Shown piece by piece: positions 1 to 14,000 of a stretch of 64,000 nt of DNA. A program made the translations under genes and the position numbers. This stretch comes from Trichoplax adhaerens (lineage: Eukaryota; Animalia; Placozoa): positions 1,027,693 through 1,091,692 of the forward strand of contig NW_002060953.1 of the NCBI RefSeq assembly GCF_000150275.1, read 5' to 3'. Each line of letters opens with the position of its first letter. The stretch's first letter is position 1. The notes under the pieces were generated by a model, which did not search any database, was not told where the DNA came from, and worked only from the letters and a program-made list of their open reading frames with translations.

Positions 1-78
1 ATAAAGTATAATTTGTATTACTTCTTTCAAATCTATTTCGTTCTTATTTTTAAAGCAAACTTTATAATCTACTACTAG

Positions 79-437
79 ATTCTCAGGCAATCAATTGCCC
101 TGTTGAGGAAAAAACGTCAACATCTGGAACTATCCATATATCAAAGGAACCAGCATTAGCTATTGGCTGTAAGCGGAAATTACATCTTCCAAAAGCTCAT
201 AATATTACTGTTCAAGTAGAATTTTTCAATCATCATAGTGTAATAAGTTGTGCCCAAAATTATTTAAAGTTAGTGCCTTCACGTGGTAAAGCGACCGTCT
301 TATGTGCAAATTTAGTTGGCAGACATCAATTAGCATTTCCAGTTGACTCATTACTGGTTGATTATCATAATCGTATGAGAGCTATTCTTCCTGAGTTACC
401 AACATTTGTCATGGAATATGCTTGGGATAAAAAATAA
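79..437 (+). CDS. Terminal exon of a CUB-domain protein (gene starts upstream of the window)
   Basis: After acceptor ctactag (AG at 77-78) the frame reads DSQAINCPVEEKTSTSGTIHISKEPALAIGCKRKLHLPKAHNITVQVEFFNHHSVISCAQNYLKLVPSRGKATVLCANLVGRHQLAFPVDSLLVDYHNRMRAILPELPTFVMEYAWDKK* (TAA 435-437). Four Cys with C..SGTI..C...NITVQ.EFF..C..NYLKL...LC...F.MEY spacing match the CUB pattern. Not in the ORF track. Confidence 0.7.
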
Positions 438-3400
438 TAAATAATGAATAGATAATCGAATAGATAAAATTGATTTTAATTAATAAAGTAAACTATGCAA
501 AAATTTTGAAATACATAACCTTTGAACTTAAATTAACCACAAGTTTAAATTATAACTATTATTATTAGGGAAAGTAATCATTGACGCGACTGGAACTGGT
601 TTACGAGTATATGTGTGTTTGATCTTAAATCATTTTTACAAGCCAGATTGCCAGCATATGAGTAAATACTCGCTAGTTACAGAAATCGATAGTTAATTTT
701 TACAATCCGATGCTTATATCGAAGAAGTCATGGTTAGACTTGCCTTTGAGTAACAAGACTCTTTTATACCAACTAAATATCTATCATGCTAGTTTTATAA
801 ATTAAACTTTAATTTATATTGGCCACTTCAATTTCTTACTCTGCTATTTTTGCTGTACGAAAATACAATATATTAGCTATTTGCATTACTTGGCCATAAC
901 TTTTTCGATACGATCTGATAGTTTCATGTCGACACATGATACAGTTGTCTTATTGTATCTTTGCGTAGGATTTATTGCTTATTTTACCATGATTTTGGTG
1001 ATATCTACTGAATAGAGGTATTGAAACAACCTCATTACATCTATAAGATGTATGATTATTCGCTATGATCGAATAGGATGATAATTTGCCCGAGTACAAT
1101 TTCTATTTAAGAGGTAAATGGTATATTTTACTCGAAAAAGTTACATACAACTAATAAATCAATCGATTATTACCCAAACTATTAGTGTACGTCTGTGAAT
1201 CGATGATGATGCAGTCATGGTCAAATCAATGACTTTATTTTAACTATTTCGCAGAATAGATTGGAGTGGGATATGACTTTACGTCTGTATAGAGATTAAA
1301 CATATAGTTCAAAGCTAAGTATTTACTGTAATGAAGTGAGGAAAGTTTTGGCAAACCGATTTCTGGTGCTGAAATCTGCTTCCATCGAAGTAGCAGGTAC
1401 ATAAAAATGCGCCTATACTGTATTATTTCGGTAGATTACTGCCAGTTATCAATGCTTAACGTAGCCAGATAGAAAGTTCTTGCTAATCCACACTAATTTC
1501 AATATCGTCTTGTAATAATTTCAGCTAATTAAGGTAGTTATGTGTTAGGAATACAGTGATAGTATACAGTGTAAAACTTTATGTTTAATAAAGTAAGTCT
1601 TGATAAATATTAAGAACTCATACATTATACGTCCTTATGATTGAGTAGTTGAGAAAAATAAATAATTAAATAAGGCTTTCGAAAATATCGGCTACTGGTT
1701 GTAACAGAATAAAATTTCAGGCGATGAATAATATTACGGTACTTTCGTCTAATCTAGACGGTGTACGATGGAAAGAAACACCGAAAAAAATGCATTTAAG
1801 CAAGCAGGAACAAAATTTCTAGACATATACATTTATTCATCTTCGCATACAGATGACATTAAGCGTAAGGTATATAAAAGTTCAAAAAAATAATTAAATG
1901 TTATTTGCGCTACATTAATTTCTTAGTAGCAGAGTGTGCTATTATTCCAATTACATTTTCCTCATCCACATGGCGATTAAAAGTAGACATTGCCTATTAT
2001 TCAATTGTTGTCTTAGTCCGATGGTCATTAATGTCTTGTTTCTAAGATTTAAAATTGACAGTAAGCTACGCTAAATACAGTAAGAAATAATAATCATAAT
2101 GTCATCACAGTCTGATAAATAATGAGGATATAGACAGGAATAGCTTAATGACAATCTTATTAATCGTACATGATATAGAAGAATTTTTCTAATTATTATT
2201 TTTTAGTCCAATGATAAAAGCTATAACAGAAATGAGTTATATGCAGAAGCCAATGAAAGATTATTAACATTCATTAAGTGAAAGAGAAAAGCCGTTAGGC
2301 AAATAAATGGTTATTCTAGAGAGAAATAGTCAACAATTCATAATCTATTGCGATACCAGTCTGTGAATTGCTACAATATTTATTAAATGGTACTGTCTTT
2401 CCATTTTGTTGTCGTAGGCAAAAGAGGATAAATTAATACTTTTAATAATGCAAGAAGTCGAAGTAGATTTAAAAATAGTCAAAAATTTTCATAACAATAA
2501 GAATTTCTCGACATAAAAATCTAGTTGCTGTCTTTATTATTCCTCTAATTGGAGATTAAAATCCCATTCCATGAAATGAGATGTTGACTTGGTATCATAA
2601 TTTTTTCTATGGGAATTTGGAATCATACCACATGAAATCCATTCTTAGCATCAATCTTCTTTATAGAAACGCAATGATAGAACATGAAATCAGATAAATA
2701 TCTTTGCGGTATCTTTATCTTTGGTTTCATTAGACATTCCAAAAGAGATTCCCATTGCAATACATAAAATCTAGACAGTGTCCCATCAACGCGTCTACAT
2801 AGTGTATATTGGAAGAATATTACATGAAATTATATTCGAGATCTAGCTGCAACACATGAAATGTGGCCAATATCTTTGTCAATTTGACTAAGAGATGACA
2901 AGAATATCACATAAAATTGTACTAGGATTTCAACTGTAGCATAAGAAATCTTAGCCTGCATCTCATCAATCTGACTAATGGATATTACAAATATTTAGTA
3001 TGTAATCATAACTAAGCATTCCTATCAAATTATCAATCATTCCATCGGTAAACTACTGCAACATTACTTAAAACCCAGTTTGGCATCAACTGTTATGCTA
3101 AAGGCTTTGATATGATCAATTTGATCCCATTTCAGGTCTAAAATGCAATCATTCTTGTAATTACGTAGTAAACTTTTCTGTACTCTAGAAATGGTTTGGA
3201 GAGATCGTAGAACCGTTGCAGACTTCTAGACTGATTCAATTTCATGATTATTCCATTTACTACGATTACATACATATATGATATCAAGATGGTATAGAAT
3301 ACATTATATACCATAGATTAGGATTGAGGTCAATTTTCTAATACATACCACGGTAGGGCATATAATTAGAAATTAAAATGTTACAATAAACAACCGAGTA

Positions 3401-3961
3401 AAGAAAATGATGGATGAAAATAAATCAATTTAATAATTTTAATGTACTTTATACATGAAACAGGTAAAAGTAATGCAAGCTAAAACATAAAATCTCTACG
3501 AAAAAGTTAAATAAGCAGATTCTGGTCACCTAATAGACTAACAAATGAAAAGCTTAAATTACAAATCTGATCATGATATTATCAGAAACCATTGACGAAC
3601 AGAGAAAATACAATCAATTCAAGTATAGAATTACATTATTAAGTAAAATTATCAAGGTATTTTGACTATTTTAATAGCCCAAAATAAAAAGATTGTAAAT
3701 ATTTCGCAGCTACTTGGCTATTGCAGCTTAGTAGTTGCTGCTGTGGAAATAACTTTCTCCTATTTGTTGGAAAAAGCTAAAACATATCACCTACATGTGA
3801 TGAATTCGTTTCTCAAATCATATTAACTTATTTCTTGGCTGTTTAATTGAACAGTAAATTTTAGTTCTAATTGCATCTTTTCGATTATAAAGGCAAAAAA
3901 AAACAGAAAGGTTGAGAAGATATTATTAAAGATATGTAAACAATTTCTAGATATTTGCCCA

Positions 3962-6900
3962 TTAAAAGGACTGCTGGCCATTTAATTGCAATTGCTGAAG
4001 TAAAAGTAAATTTTGCATGTTATTGGGATTGAATTGATCTAGTGGATTTTGATTTAATGCCTGCTGCTGAAGTAATAACGGTAAAAGTTGTTCTTGTGTT
4101 CCAATTGCAGGATTTGCTAATACGTTTAGTAATGGATTGAACTGATTAGTTTGGCCATTAGCTGGTGTATTTTGCCCTTGATTTTCGGTCTTGCTGTCTG
4201 TGGATTGATTTTCTTGATTATCATTGCCCTGCTTCTTTTGAACTTGATTTTGCAACGTATTAATCTTCTGCTGTTGTAATAAGAGCGTTTGTAGTAATTC
4301 AGTTTGTTGCTGTTTGTGTTTTTCTGTAGCTATTGCTTGTTGTATAGACTGTTCTTGCTGTTCACGTTGTTGTAGTATTAATTCTTGCAATTCTTGTTGT
4401 TGTTTTAAGGCAGCTGCTGTTTGTAGTGCAATCTCTCCTTGTTGTTGATGATGTGCAATGGCATCTTGCTGAATTAGAACTTGATCGCGTAATTGCTGAA
4501 TGATAGCTGATTGCTGTATAGCCACTTGTTCAACTTGTTGCTGCTGGGAAATTGCAGCTTCTTGTAAGATAGATTGATAGTCACTTTGTTCTTGTTGTCG
4601 CTGCAACAAGGATTGATACCATAGCTGCAATTGCGCCTCTTGAAAATCAACTTGTTGCTGTGCTGCTAGCAAAGTGTATTCATTGATACTTTGATCCTGA
4701 GTAGGAGGATTGAACGTATCTACTATTGAAGGCGATGCTGATGAGGAAAATTTATTCGCACTGAGTCGATCTATTTCATCTCGCCCCGTTAGTAATCGAT
4801 TGGATTCTTCCGATGTTATACTAAATCGATCATCATTATCCAAATTTTTATTTTTAGAACGACGAGTTTTCCTGGATTTTTTGCTACTCTTGGGGGTTGA
4901 CGATTGATCTTAAAAAGATTAGGATGAATATTTACCCATAATTATGCTATAGCAATAGTTTTGTTAGCAATACCAATCTATTAATCAATTACATATATTT
5001 TATCATATTTCGCTGTGATCTAAAAAGATTTGCTTGCTAATCTGCTCCACATACCATTTAAAATTTAGCCCTCAATAAATAATTATCATTTTATCAATTT
5101 ATACTGAGATCACTACGGTATTAGAATTTTATTTTGCTGAAATGTAAATAGTAATGATGTAAGAGCAAGGGTAGGATTACAGATATTGCTATTCGTAGAA
5201 GATACTAAATTAAGTCTTTGACTAACGGAGGATATCGATTCAACGTAGATTTATGATCACCCTTTCCATCTATCTCCTCATATTAATTAGAAATTATTAG
5301 CCTAACTTGAGATCACTACCTCGTATAAACTAAGAAGAAATGATACTAATATCATTTGTTAAGGATCTAAATCTGAAATATATTGCAAGTAAAAAGTGTT
5401 GATTCACTTTTACACTTTATTCATGTAACAAATTCTCTCAATTTATTTAAGAACTACCAATCTATCCTGAGATCGCTACATAATTTATTAAGAACAGTAA
5501 CATAAAGGTATTACAGGTGCTGGTACTAGTATTTATTACGGTATTAATCTCAGATCTCAAGTGACTACGATATAGCGATTTGCTTGCAGTTAAAAAATTT
5601 TGCTTATTTTTAAATATTATTAGTAAATTGCCGATTAATTATCTGAGAACATTTCCCCTTGCAAGGTAAAGGTAAAATAGTAACGGTAGATGAATGATAC
5701 TGACATTATTTTACAAATCATATTAATCTGAGGTATAAACTGCTATAATTGACGAGATAGATCCAAGCTTTGGGAGCTAGCTATCTTTGCATGAACTTTC
5801 TATTTTTAAATTAATAACGAAACTGTGATCCATACCTGATTTTGCTTTATTATTTAATACATCTTTGGAAGGAGTTTCCTTTTCACTTTCTGAATCACTC
5901 TCACTGCTAGACGATTCCTGGTCTTTTCCATTTACAGAAGTGGTTGGCTCTGAATCTTCACCTCCTTCAGAATCACTTTGGTTACTTGCAACTTTGTTCT
6001 TGCCTTTTTTACTCTTTTGCTTCTTGCCTTTTTTCGTGCTTGACTGCTTAATCTCATTTGGGCTAGACTTTATTTCTTTAACTGCCTCAATTAGATCTTT
6101 TAATAACGTAGATGTTGCTGTATCATCTTTAGTTTGATTAGTAGTAGTAAGATTCTGAACAACTGGAGGTAATGGTTGTAGTTGCTGTTGCACTTGTGGC
6201 TGCTGTAGTTGCTGTTGCACTTGTGGCTGCTGTAGTTGTTGCACTTGTGGCTGCTGTAGTTGCTGTTGCAGTTGCGCTTGCTGTAGTTGCTGTTGCAGTT
6301 GCGTTTGCTGTAGCAACTGAGCATTTTGTATTGCTCCAATTTCAGTTGATGATGGAGATGCAGTTAGTACTCGGCCTGAAAATGAATGATCTAAAACCGA
6401 CGTGGGAGTGCTATTATTACTAGAGTAAGGTAAATTAGGGGAAACGGAATGATTTGCAGTTGTCCTATCTTGTAATGGATGCGCCCTCACTCCGTTTGTA
6501 ATAGCTTGTGCACGGGTTGTATGAGCTGGCTCTGATGGAGGTAGAATCTACAGTATGTAGAGAAATTCAAGATTTAGGTTATAAGCAATATCCGCTAATT
6601 CTACTACTGTGCGTTGACTTGATAAAACAACAGTGAAACAATACCCTATTTGATTTTTGTAAATGGTTGGTTGGTGTCTTCGCTCTAGCTACATTAACTT
6701 TATCAGATATCATTTCGGCCTAAAATATACGAAATAATTCAATGTTATAAAGTATTCGATTCCATGAATAAATGTGAAAATTACTTAAGAAATCATGTGC
6801 CTGTATTTAAGGATAGGATAGAAGATTGCTTTAAAATTTTCATGATTATTTTCAAATGCGAAATGTAGATACAAGTAGAGAATAGCGTATCAATTTAGCA

Positions 6901-9900
6901 AGTTTTAATTGTTAGTTCCATTTATGACCTTATTTCTACTATATTGTATATAATATATATGTAATAAGTAACTAATATAAGCAGACAATTTGAAAATTGT
7001 ATACTGTTGAGTTGGTATTGCAGTTACAGGAAGATGATGATAGAGTAATTTAGCAAGTTTTAATTCAACTCATGACCTTATTGCTATCACTCAGAATAGC
7101 TATGTAAAACTTTAGCCTAAAGAACTACTAACAGATCTATCAAGCTATGAGAATAATAGGGTACTGGTACGAGTAATGCAGATTTTAGTTAGGAAAATCA
7201 GTAAATTTTAACCATCCGTCCGACCCATTTTGGGCCTAATCGCTATTTCATGGGTAGATCTTTTAGAGATTATACCTTTTAATTACTGTATAATATTATT
7301 GCTAATGGTTAGATTAACATGAAATTTCTAAACAACGATGAGATTCAATACAGGAACGGATTTACAATTTTAGTACTCACCGGTGTTGTACTACATTGAA
7401 ACATATAGATTAAACGCTGCCTATTATTATTCGGGACAAGCATAATTAATAGCAGCAAGCTATTAAAGATTTTACTGCCAGTGATATGATGGCAGGCTTC
7501 TAGACGTTCAAATTGGAGTAAATCTTGTCTCTCCTAAATGGCGGAAAAAAGAATTGAAATTAAAATCATATCAAATCGTTGCTTGTAAATATTATCAATC
7601 AAGAATGGATTCATCTTGGTTAATTTAATTTTGCAATGGTAATGTCAAACCTTGGTTGCAGCATCGTACAGAATAATATCATAGGGACATATTCTCAATT
7701 CTGTAGGTTGTATATTGAGCAAATTTCTTGCTTTTCTTTCCTAAATCGAATAAGCAAGATGAATAGATGAGCAATAATTTAAGAATGTGTGCTACTAATT
7801 TACTCAATTTACTAATTTAATGATTATTCAGTTTTCTTAATTGTAAAATAGAAGTAAGATCGCCATTTCAACAATAGAAACGGTTGTTATTTTATCAATA
7901 AACGAATTTATTTGATGGAGTTGATACTTAATTCTATGCATTTTACCTGTAGATGTTGTAGAATGTATTTTGCGGTCATAGTTTCCATTTCTTCTTCGTA
8001 AACTAATGTGCTCATCAGATACTGCGGACAACAATAGCGACCATCGATTATAATTGTTAATAGAATATACGCTTAAAGTCATTCCAATTTACTTCAGCAT
8101 AAGGTAATCTGAGCTTTTTCGCATAATTTATATGGCAAACTACGATAGAAACCTTATAAGAACTCTTTAGCTGTCAATAGACTGTCGTTATAGAATAAAA
8201 TGAAAGTTATCTCCAGACGAACTACTGCTTTGGTTCTCATATCGTACATTTTATGGAATAAAAATAGTAAAAGAATCTATCCGCTTACCTCAACTAAGAA
8301 TGATTCTCCTCTACGTAATGCTAAAGTCGCTGATCGATGATTGCCTTGAATATTGAAGGAGTATAAGAGAAAATAGCAACACATGAATATATGCAACGGG
8401 AAGACAGAAAATTCGAATATGTTGTAATGGAGACGACCATAATATACATGGACAGAAAATAGCACAAATGTACAAGCGTTCGATGAAACTGGAAAAACTT
8501 GATAATCCATTTAGACTGTAACTAAAACGCACTATTGATAGAATTACTAATAGCAAATAAAATTACTCTCAGCTACTGTATTAGTTCTTGTAAAATTCTA
8601 AATTGAAATGATAACTCAATGTCTTTCTGACTTACCCGCATCTCGGCTGTCTCTACTGGAGGGGAGGCCCTAATTATAGTAGAAAGAAATCGGCACTTAA
8701 TTCGGGAAATGGATGTAATCGCTAGATGTCTTAATTTTGCCCCATAGAATAGGTAAATAGTACTTTATGCCAGAGCTATTCTCAAAGCTAAAGGCTAGAT
8801 ATATTGATTATGAACGTTAAACTTTGAAAGTCAGTTTGAGTTATCATTGCCCGTCTACTTCTAGAATGGGTCAATAATACTTTATGCTAGAGCTTTTCTC
8901 AAAGTTAAAGGCTAGATGCAATGGCCATGCACGATTTATATCGTACTCTGCTTAAAGTCAATCAGAGTTCACAATTGCTCTTAGTCTATATACTTCTAGC
9001 TTAATTGCAGTATCCTTTATGTCTATCCTTTGATTCAATACTGAATAAAAACTGGACATAAAGAATCCATCAAATCTTATACTGTCAATATGCTTAATCA
9101 ATGTTAAACATAAATTAAACATAGAAAGAATTTATCCATTTTTATGTCATCAATGCGTTTAATTAGTATAGAATAAAAACTAGACGTTCGCCTAAAAGAT
9201 CCATTCATTTTTTACTATCAATATACTATCAAATTAATTGACGTTATTCATCTAGTGCATTTATTAGTAATGATTTTGAACTGGAATAAAAATATCATAG
9301 TAAAAATTATTTTCTTCTATTTCTACGATAATATTTGGACGTCAAGATGGAATTAATCTTTCGCTAGGATGAAAAATGCGAGAGAAGAATTTTGTTCCGT
9401 TTGAACATCAAATCTTTGCACGGATAGATGGAATTCATCTTTGGCTACAGTAAGATGAGAAACATGCAGAATGTAGGATTTTCTCTCAATTTCCATATCA
9501 AATCTACGGTATAAATGATAGAATTAATGCTTCACTATGACGGATAAACGCGAAAAATATAATTTTGCTCATCTCCTATATCAAATTAAGGGGTAATAGG
9601 GACGATATTAATCTATCACTAGGTACAAAAAAAACGTGAAAATTGTGTGATTTTGTTCAGTTTCTACGTCGAATCCATTGCATGTAAGCATAGAATTAAT
9701 CTTCGACTACGATGGAAAGATGACAAGTGAATGGTTTCGTCTAACTTTTACAGTAAGTCTACCGTTTCTTAACAGGGATTTAGCGCTGCAAAATGACAAA
9801 CTTAAAAAAAATAATTCGATTTTGTTCAGTTTGAACGTCCGATCTAGCGTTATTAGCATGAAATTAATATCTGGTCGTGATAAAATTATGAAATAAAAGA

Positions 9901-11073
9901 ATTTCTTTTCAGTTTCTACGTTAAATCAAATGAATTAGCCATTGACTATGATGAAAATACGAAAAGTGAATTATTCTGTTCAGCTTCTGTATCCAATCCA
10001 CAGTTTAAAATAAGAAATTTACCAATGAATACGATGAAAGCACTAAAATTAAATCGTTCTGCTCTGTATGTATCAAAATCTTTGGATATAAAGATACACG
10101 AAAATAAATCATTTGGCATCGTTTCACTACGTTTTTCATGCCTGATCTAGTTAATTCTACCGTTTGTGGCTACAAATAAGTCTTCAACTAGGATGAAAAT
10201 TTCAAATAGATGATCATTTTCTTCAGTTTGGTCTGAAACTTATGCCTATCCTCTTTGACTAGGATGAATATAGCCCATCATTGAATCCTTTGTTGGGTCT
10301 ATATATCCAAAGCTATAACGTTAAGGGAATTTATCTTTGACTTAGATGGTATAAAATACAAAATAATAATTTGTTCATTTCTTCCTATTCAATAGGTACT
10401 ACAAAGAAATGGATTTTCATGTTGTCAAATTGATCATTTGATGTTGTCCATAACATGATCTACCCGACCGATATCATATCGATCGCGACCCCATTTAACA
10501 GCGTTAACCACAACATGGATCGTTGTGACGATGGAACAAAAATCAATATTAATTCAATTATCTTCTACACGTTTACGAGCATAACTGAGCGGTCTACGCT
10601 AAATAGACGAAGACGGATGAATAATAATTCATAAAAAAGAATACTTTACAAACTGAAGAGAATTCTTTTCAAGCAAAATTGAACATACATCTAAGCTCCG
10701 ATTTCGTTGGCGTGTTTCCCATGGATCAGCAAATGAGGCTCGTACATGTTCAGATTTGTTGCTTTGAGGGGATTGATTATTTCGTGATCTAAAATAGCAA
10801 TGGAATAAACATTTCAACTCACATCAATCCTCTCCTATCTACCGATCATCAACATAGTATCTGTCATGTCTATTTTAAATAGGAATAACAAGCGGATATT
10901 GATCAATTTCTCAATCATTGTTTTCAATATGAGGGCTACTTTTATCTTATTTGATTCCTAAATTAATGGAACGATTGTAAAGGAAGGAAAGGATTCGCCA
11001 AAATAAATTACCTTGCCTTATTTACTTCCTTGGGATCCAATTTATGTTTGGGTTTGCTTTTTTCATTGCCCAT
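3962..11073 (-). CDS. EPS8-type PTB-domain protein with N-terminal myristoylation motif and Gln-rich C-terminal region (~767 aa, 10 coding exons)
   Basis: Hand-built GT-AG exons: 11073-11012, 10788-10689, 8669-8636, 8344-8289, 8021-7947, 7740-7651, 7533-7381, 6719-6645, 6547-5836, 4908-3962. They total 2304 nt and all phases are compatible. The protein starts MGNEKSK. The middle exons read FLVE-YLMSTLVYEEEMETMTAKYILQHLQ-ERKARNLLNIQPTELRICPYDIILYDAATK-ERQDLLQFERLEACHHITGSKIFNSLLLLIMLVPNNNRQRLIYMFQCSTTP-AEMISDKV, which aligns by eye to the EPS8 PTB domain (YRVEHL...LHLFQC...ANLISEDI). The last two exons correspond to ORF-track 5777..6490 and 3962..4843. Confidence 0.8.
6180..6312 (-). repeat. 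Coding minisatellite (24-27 bp units) encoding QQQLQQPQV-type repeats
   Basis: Tandem tgtagttgctgttgcacttgtggctgc units on the + strand, inside the 6547-5836 exon. Confidence 0.85.
9340..10400. repeat. Highly diverged ~85-bp intronic minisatellite
   Basis: A gaatt(a/c)atct...cta.gatga...attttgttcagttt skeleton recurs at about 9351, 9432, 9522, 9607, 9694 and onward. Confidence 0.55.
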
Positions 11074-14000
11074 GTTGTTTTCCTAGATTTTGATTACTAT
11101 GTCGATAAATAGAAGTAATGTGATAAGATCGTTTTGATCTGGCAAGAACCAAGATAGGAAGATAGTTAATAATTGAAGAAATGACTGAAAGATATTGCTG
11201 TAAAGTAATGAAATAGAAGACAATATCGATCATGAGCAGTCAGGAATGGATTGCTGTACTCGTATGTCTGTTTTTTTGTATTATTTCTGTAATGTTTTTC
11301 ATTATCCTATTTGTAATGGTTGTAGTAATAAGTTTACTAGTCCTGTAGTCGGATGAATCGCTGGAGTTACTCTAATACAATAAATTCACTTTATTAACGA
11401 TAAACTACGATCAGCAAGTTATCTAAACATCGTGTAACTTAGTCGAGTTCTACCAAGACTATAGAGAGGCAATTAAGAATAAAAAGAAATGGTGAACTAA
11501 TCCTTTCAATATGGGTATCTCTATATTAACCGAGACTAACCTGTAATATATTTGATTAATAACGATCCAGGTGATATCGTTTCTAGTTTAAAACTCTTAC
11601 GTCCAGTTGAAATGGCGGGTGAAATAACGATGGTAAAGTGATAAAATTTGGCGAATTTCTTTAATTAAAGAGACAATAGCTAATGTTTAGATTAGGATCC
11701 GCCCTAGTGGAGCAAGACAGAGATGGAGCGCGTTTGATTTTGTCTATTTTATATAAATGAACCTGAGTAAAATGATATTTTATGCCCGATTTACAATTGT
11801 CTTGATGTTCGTTGGCTGGATCAAAATAGAGGATGGAAAAGCCAAATAGATGGAAGAGTAATCAAGGATGATAATGATGATGAATATGTTTTCATGAAAG
11901 TTGCGTTAAAGGACAAGGACTCGGTTAATTTATTGAATAACCAGCAGACGACCCCAACTGCTTTATCATGAAATGATACTGTATCGTCAAATATTGGCAT
12001 GGAGTTGGATTAGAGGCAAGTGTATCCTTCCAATCTGGATATGAATAGAATTCAATCTATTACTGCAATAACCAATTAAAAGAATGATGACGAAATCAAG
12101 GTACAGAATAGGAAGAAATAATTTACTTTTGTCCTACATTGCTGATGTCATGTTGGCTTTGTAATGTTAATCTCCTATTTTGAATCACTTTTTCTTTCCT
12201 CTCGCAACTCTGACCTATTGAGTTGATGACAGCATTGAACTGATCGATGGATTATCCTATCACATTGTGATTATATTTAATATCTTGGATACATTGGATA
12301 GGAGTTAACAATCACTATGATTCATCATCAAAACAGTGCTGATGAATGGCATTAGTAACCATATTGCCTATTTGAATGGATTGATGATTATTGAGTCGAA
12401 ATCGATCAATGAGAAATGATATTCAAGTGATGAAGACGAGATGATTGAGATTCTATCTCGTCTATTATGATTGTCATAAAGATGCAGTATTGACTCTATT
12501 ATAACGATATTCTAGTTCAAGATGGTATTGTTTATTTCCTTATGAATATCCAAATGATATCTAATTGCTTAATACATGAATCTAGCGGAAACAACATTAA
12601 AGCGTTGTTGTTGCAAGAACCGCCATGAGTTGAATTGAACATAGTTGCGCCAATATTGAATTTGAATCAATCCGTCATGGGTACAATTTCAATTCAAATG
12701 GAATTGTTTGAGTGATTACAATAACATTTGTTGCTTATGGGAGTGTATTCCACATTATCCTAAACGTTGAGATCATGAGTAACTAATTTAGTGTCCGATG
12801 TAGGTTTGGTAGCCATCATGCCTGTGCTGTATTTCGTAAGTTAGTACAATAGATTATCTTGGCCATGGATTAACCTTGATATGATAGTCATAGCATGCAA
12901 TAACTAGTTATCATCAGATCATCTATTCTGAAACTGACTAATCATGATGAATAGATCTGTCCTGAAGCTTATTTACTTCGATAACTGGATCGTTGTATAT
13001 TCTCAAAGTGACAGGATAGAATCGATGTTGACGTAGTTGGTATTCAATAAGTTGGCATTGAGTGTGTGCGTAGTTTTATTACGTTTGGTTTATCAAGCAG
13101 TTGGTGTTGAATGATGGAGTCATTCTGAATAAGGGAGACATGTTGTTAGCAAGCTAGTAATAGGATTTACTTTTTATTGAAGGGCTCAAGTTGCAAGCCT
13201 ATGGAGGTTTTAGTGATATCGATTCATTTCTGATGGACGTTTAAATGGAAAGTCAAATGGTAACGATGACTGATCGAGTTAATCCATCATGATTGTAGGC
13301 AGCTGCATTGAGTCAAGGAATGATGATGGCGGAGTATTGATGCTAGCTATAATTAACGAGTATTAGTTTTATTACTAAAGACAATGCAATAAATTTGAAC
13401 AGTTTGGCATCGTGCGAAACTATGCAGTAGTTCCATGATCATGGTAAGATGATGATGGATTCATTCGGTAGTGTAGTTATGCTGATTCTAGAGGATAGTA
13501 TAACTCATGATTGCTTGAATATTTCCTTGCGAGATCTGTTCTGTTGACCATTGATGATGGTTGGTACTTGACGTCAAGAGTTGTTATTCTGAGTCACGCG
13601 AACGTCGAGAGGGGCTAGATACTCGTCTGTTATTATTGGCAATAGTGGAAATGCATTCAAGTTAATTATTGAAGCTCGTCATTGAACTTGATGTTGTGGC
13701 ATTTTTTTAACCCACTTTCCTTCACTGTAGCATGGCTGTAGACGATTTCTCTTTCATCTAGCTCCATGCCAGTCGTTGCAATTGACCGTTAGTTTACAGC
13801 AGATTGTTAAGTTAGCTCGTGTTACTATGCAAAGGAAAAGACAGTAGCGCCACGAAAGATCAATTGGATCTGCACTCTACAGTCAAAAGTTGTGTGTAAG
13901 GAGAAGTGAAGGAGTTGATTATACTCCCTGAAAGTAGTTATCACAGCATGATAACCTACTAGCCAGCGGAACATCTACCGGATATACACTTATACAGCAC

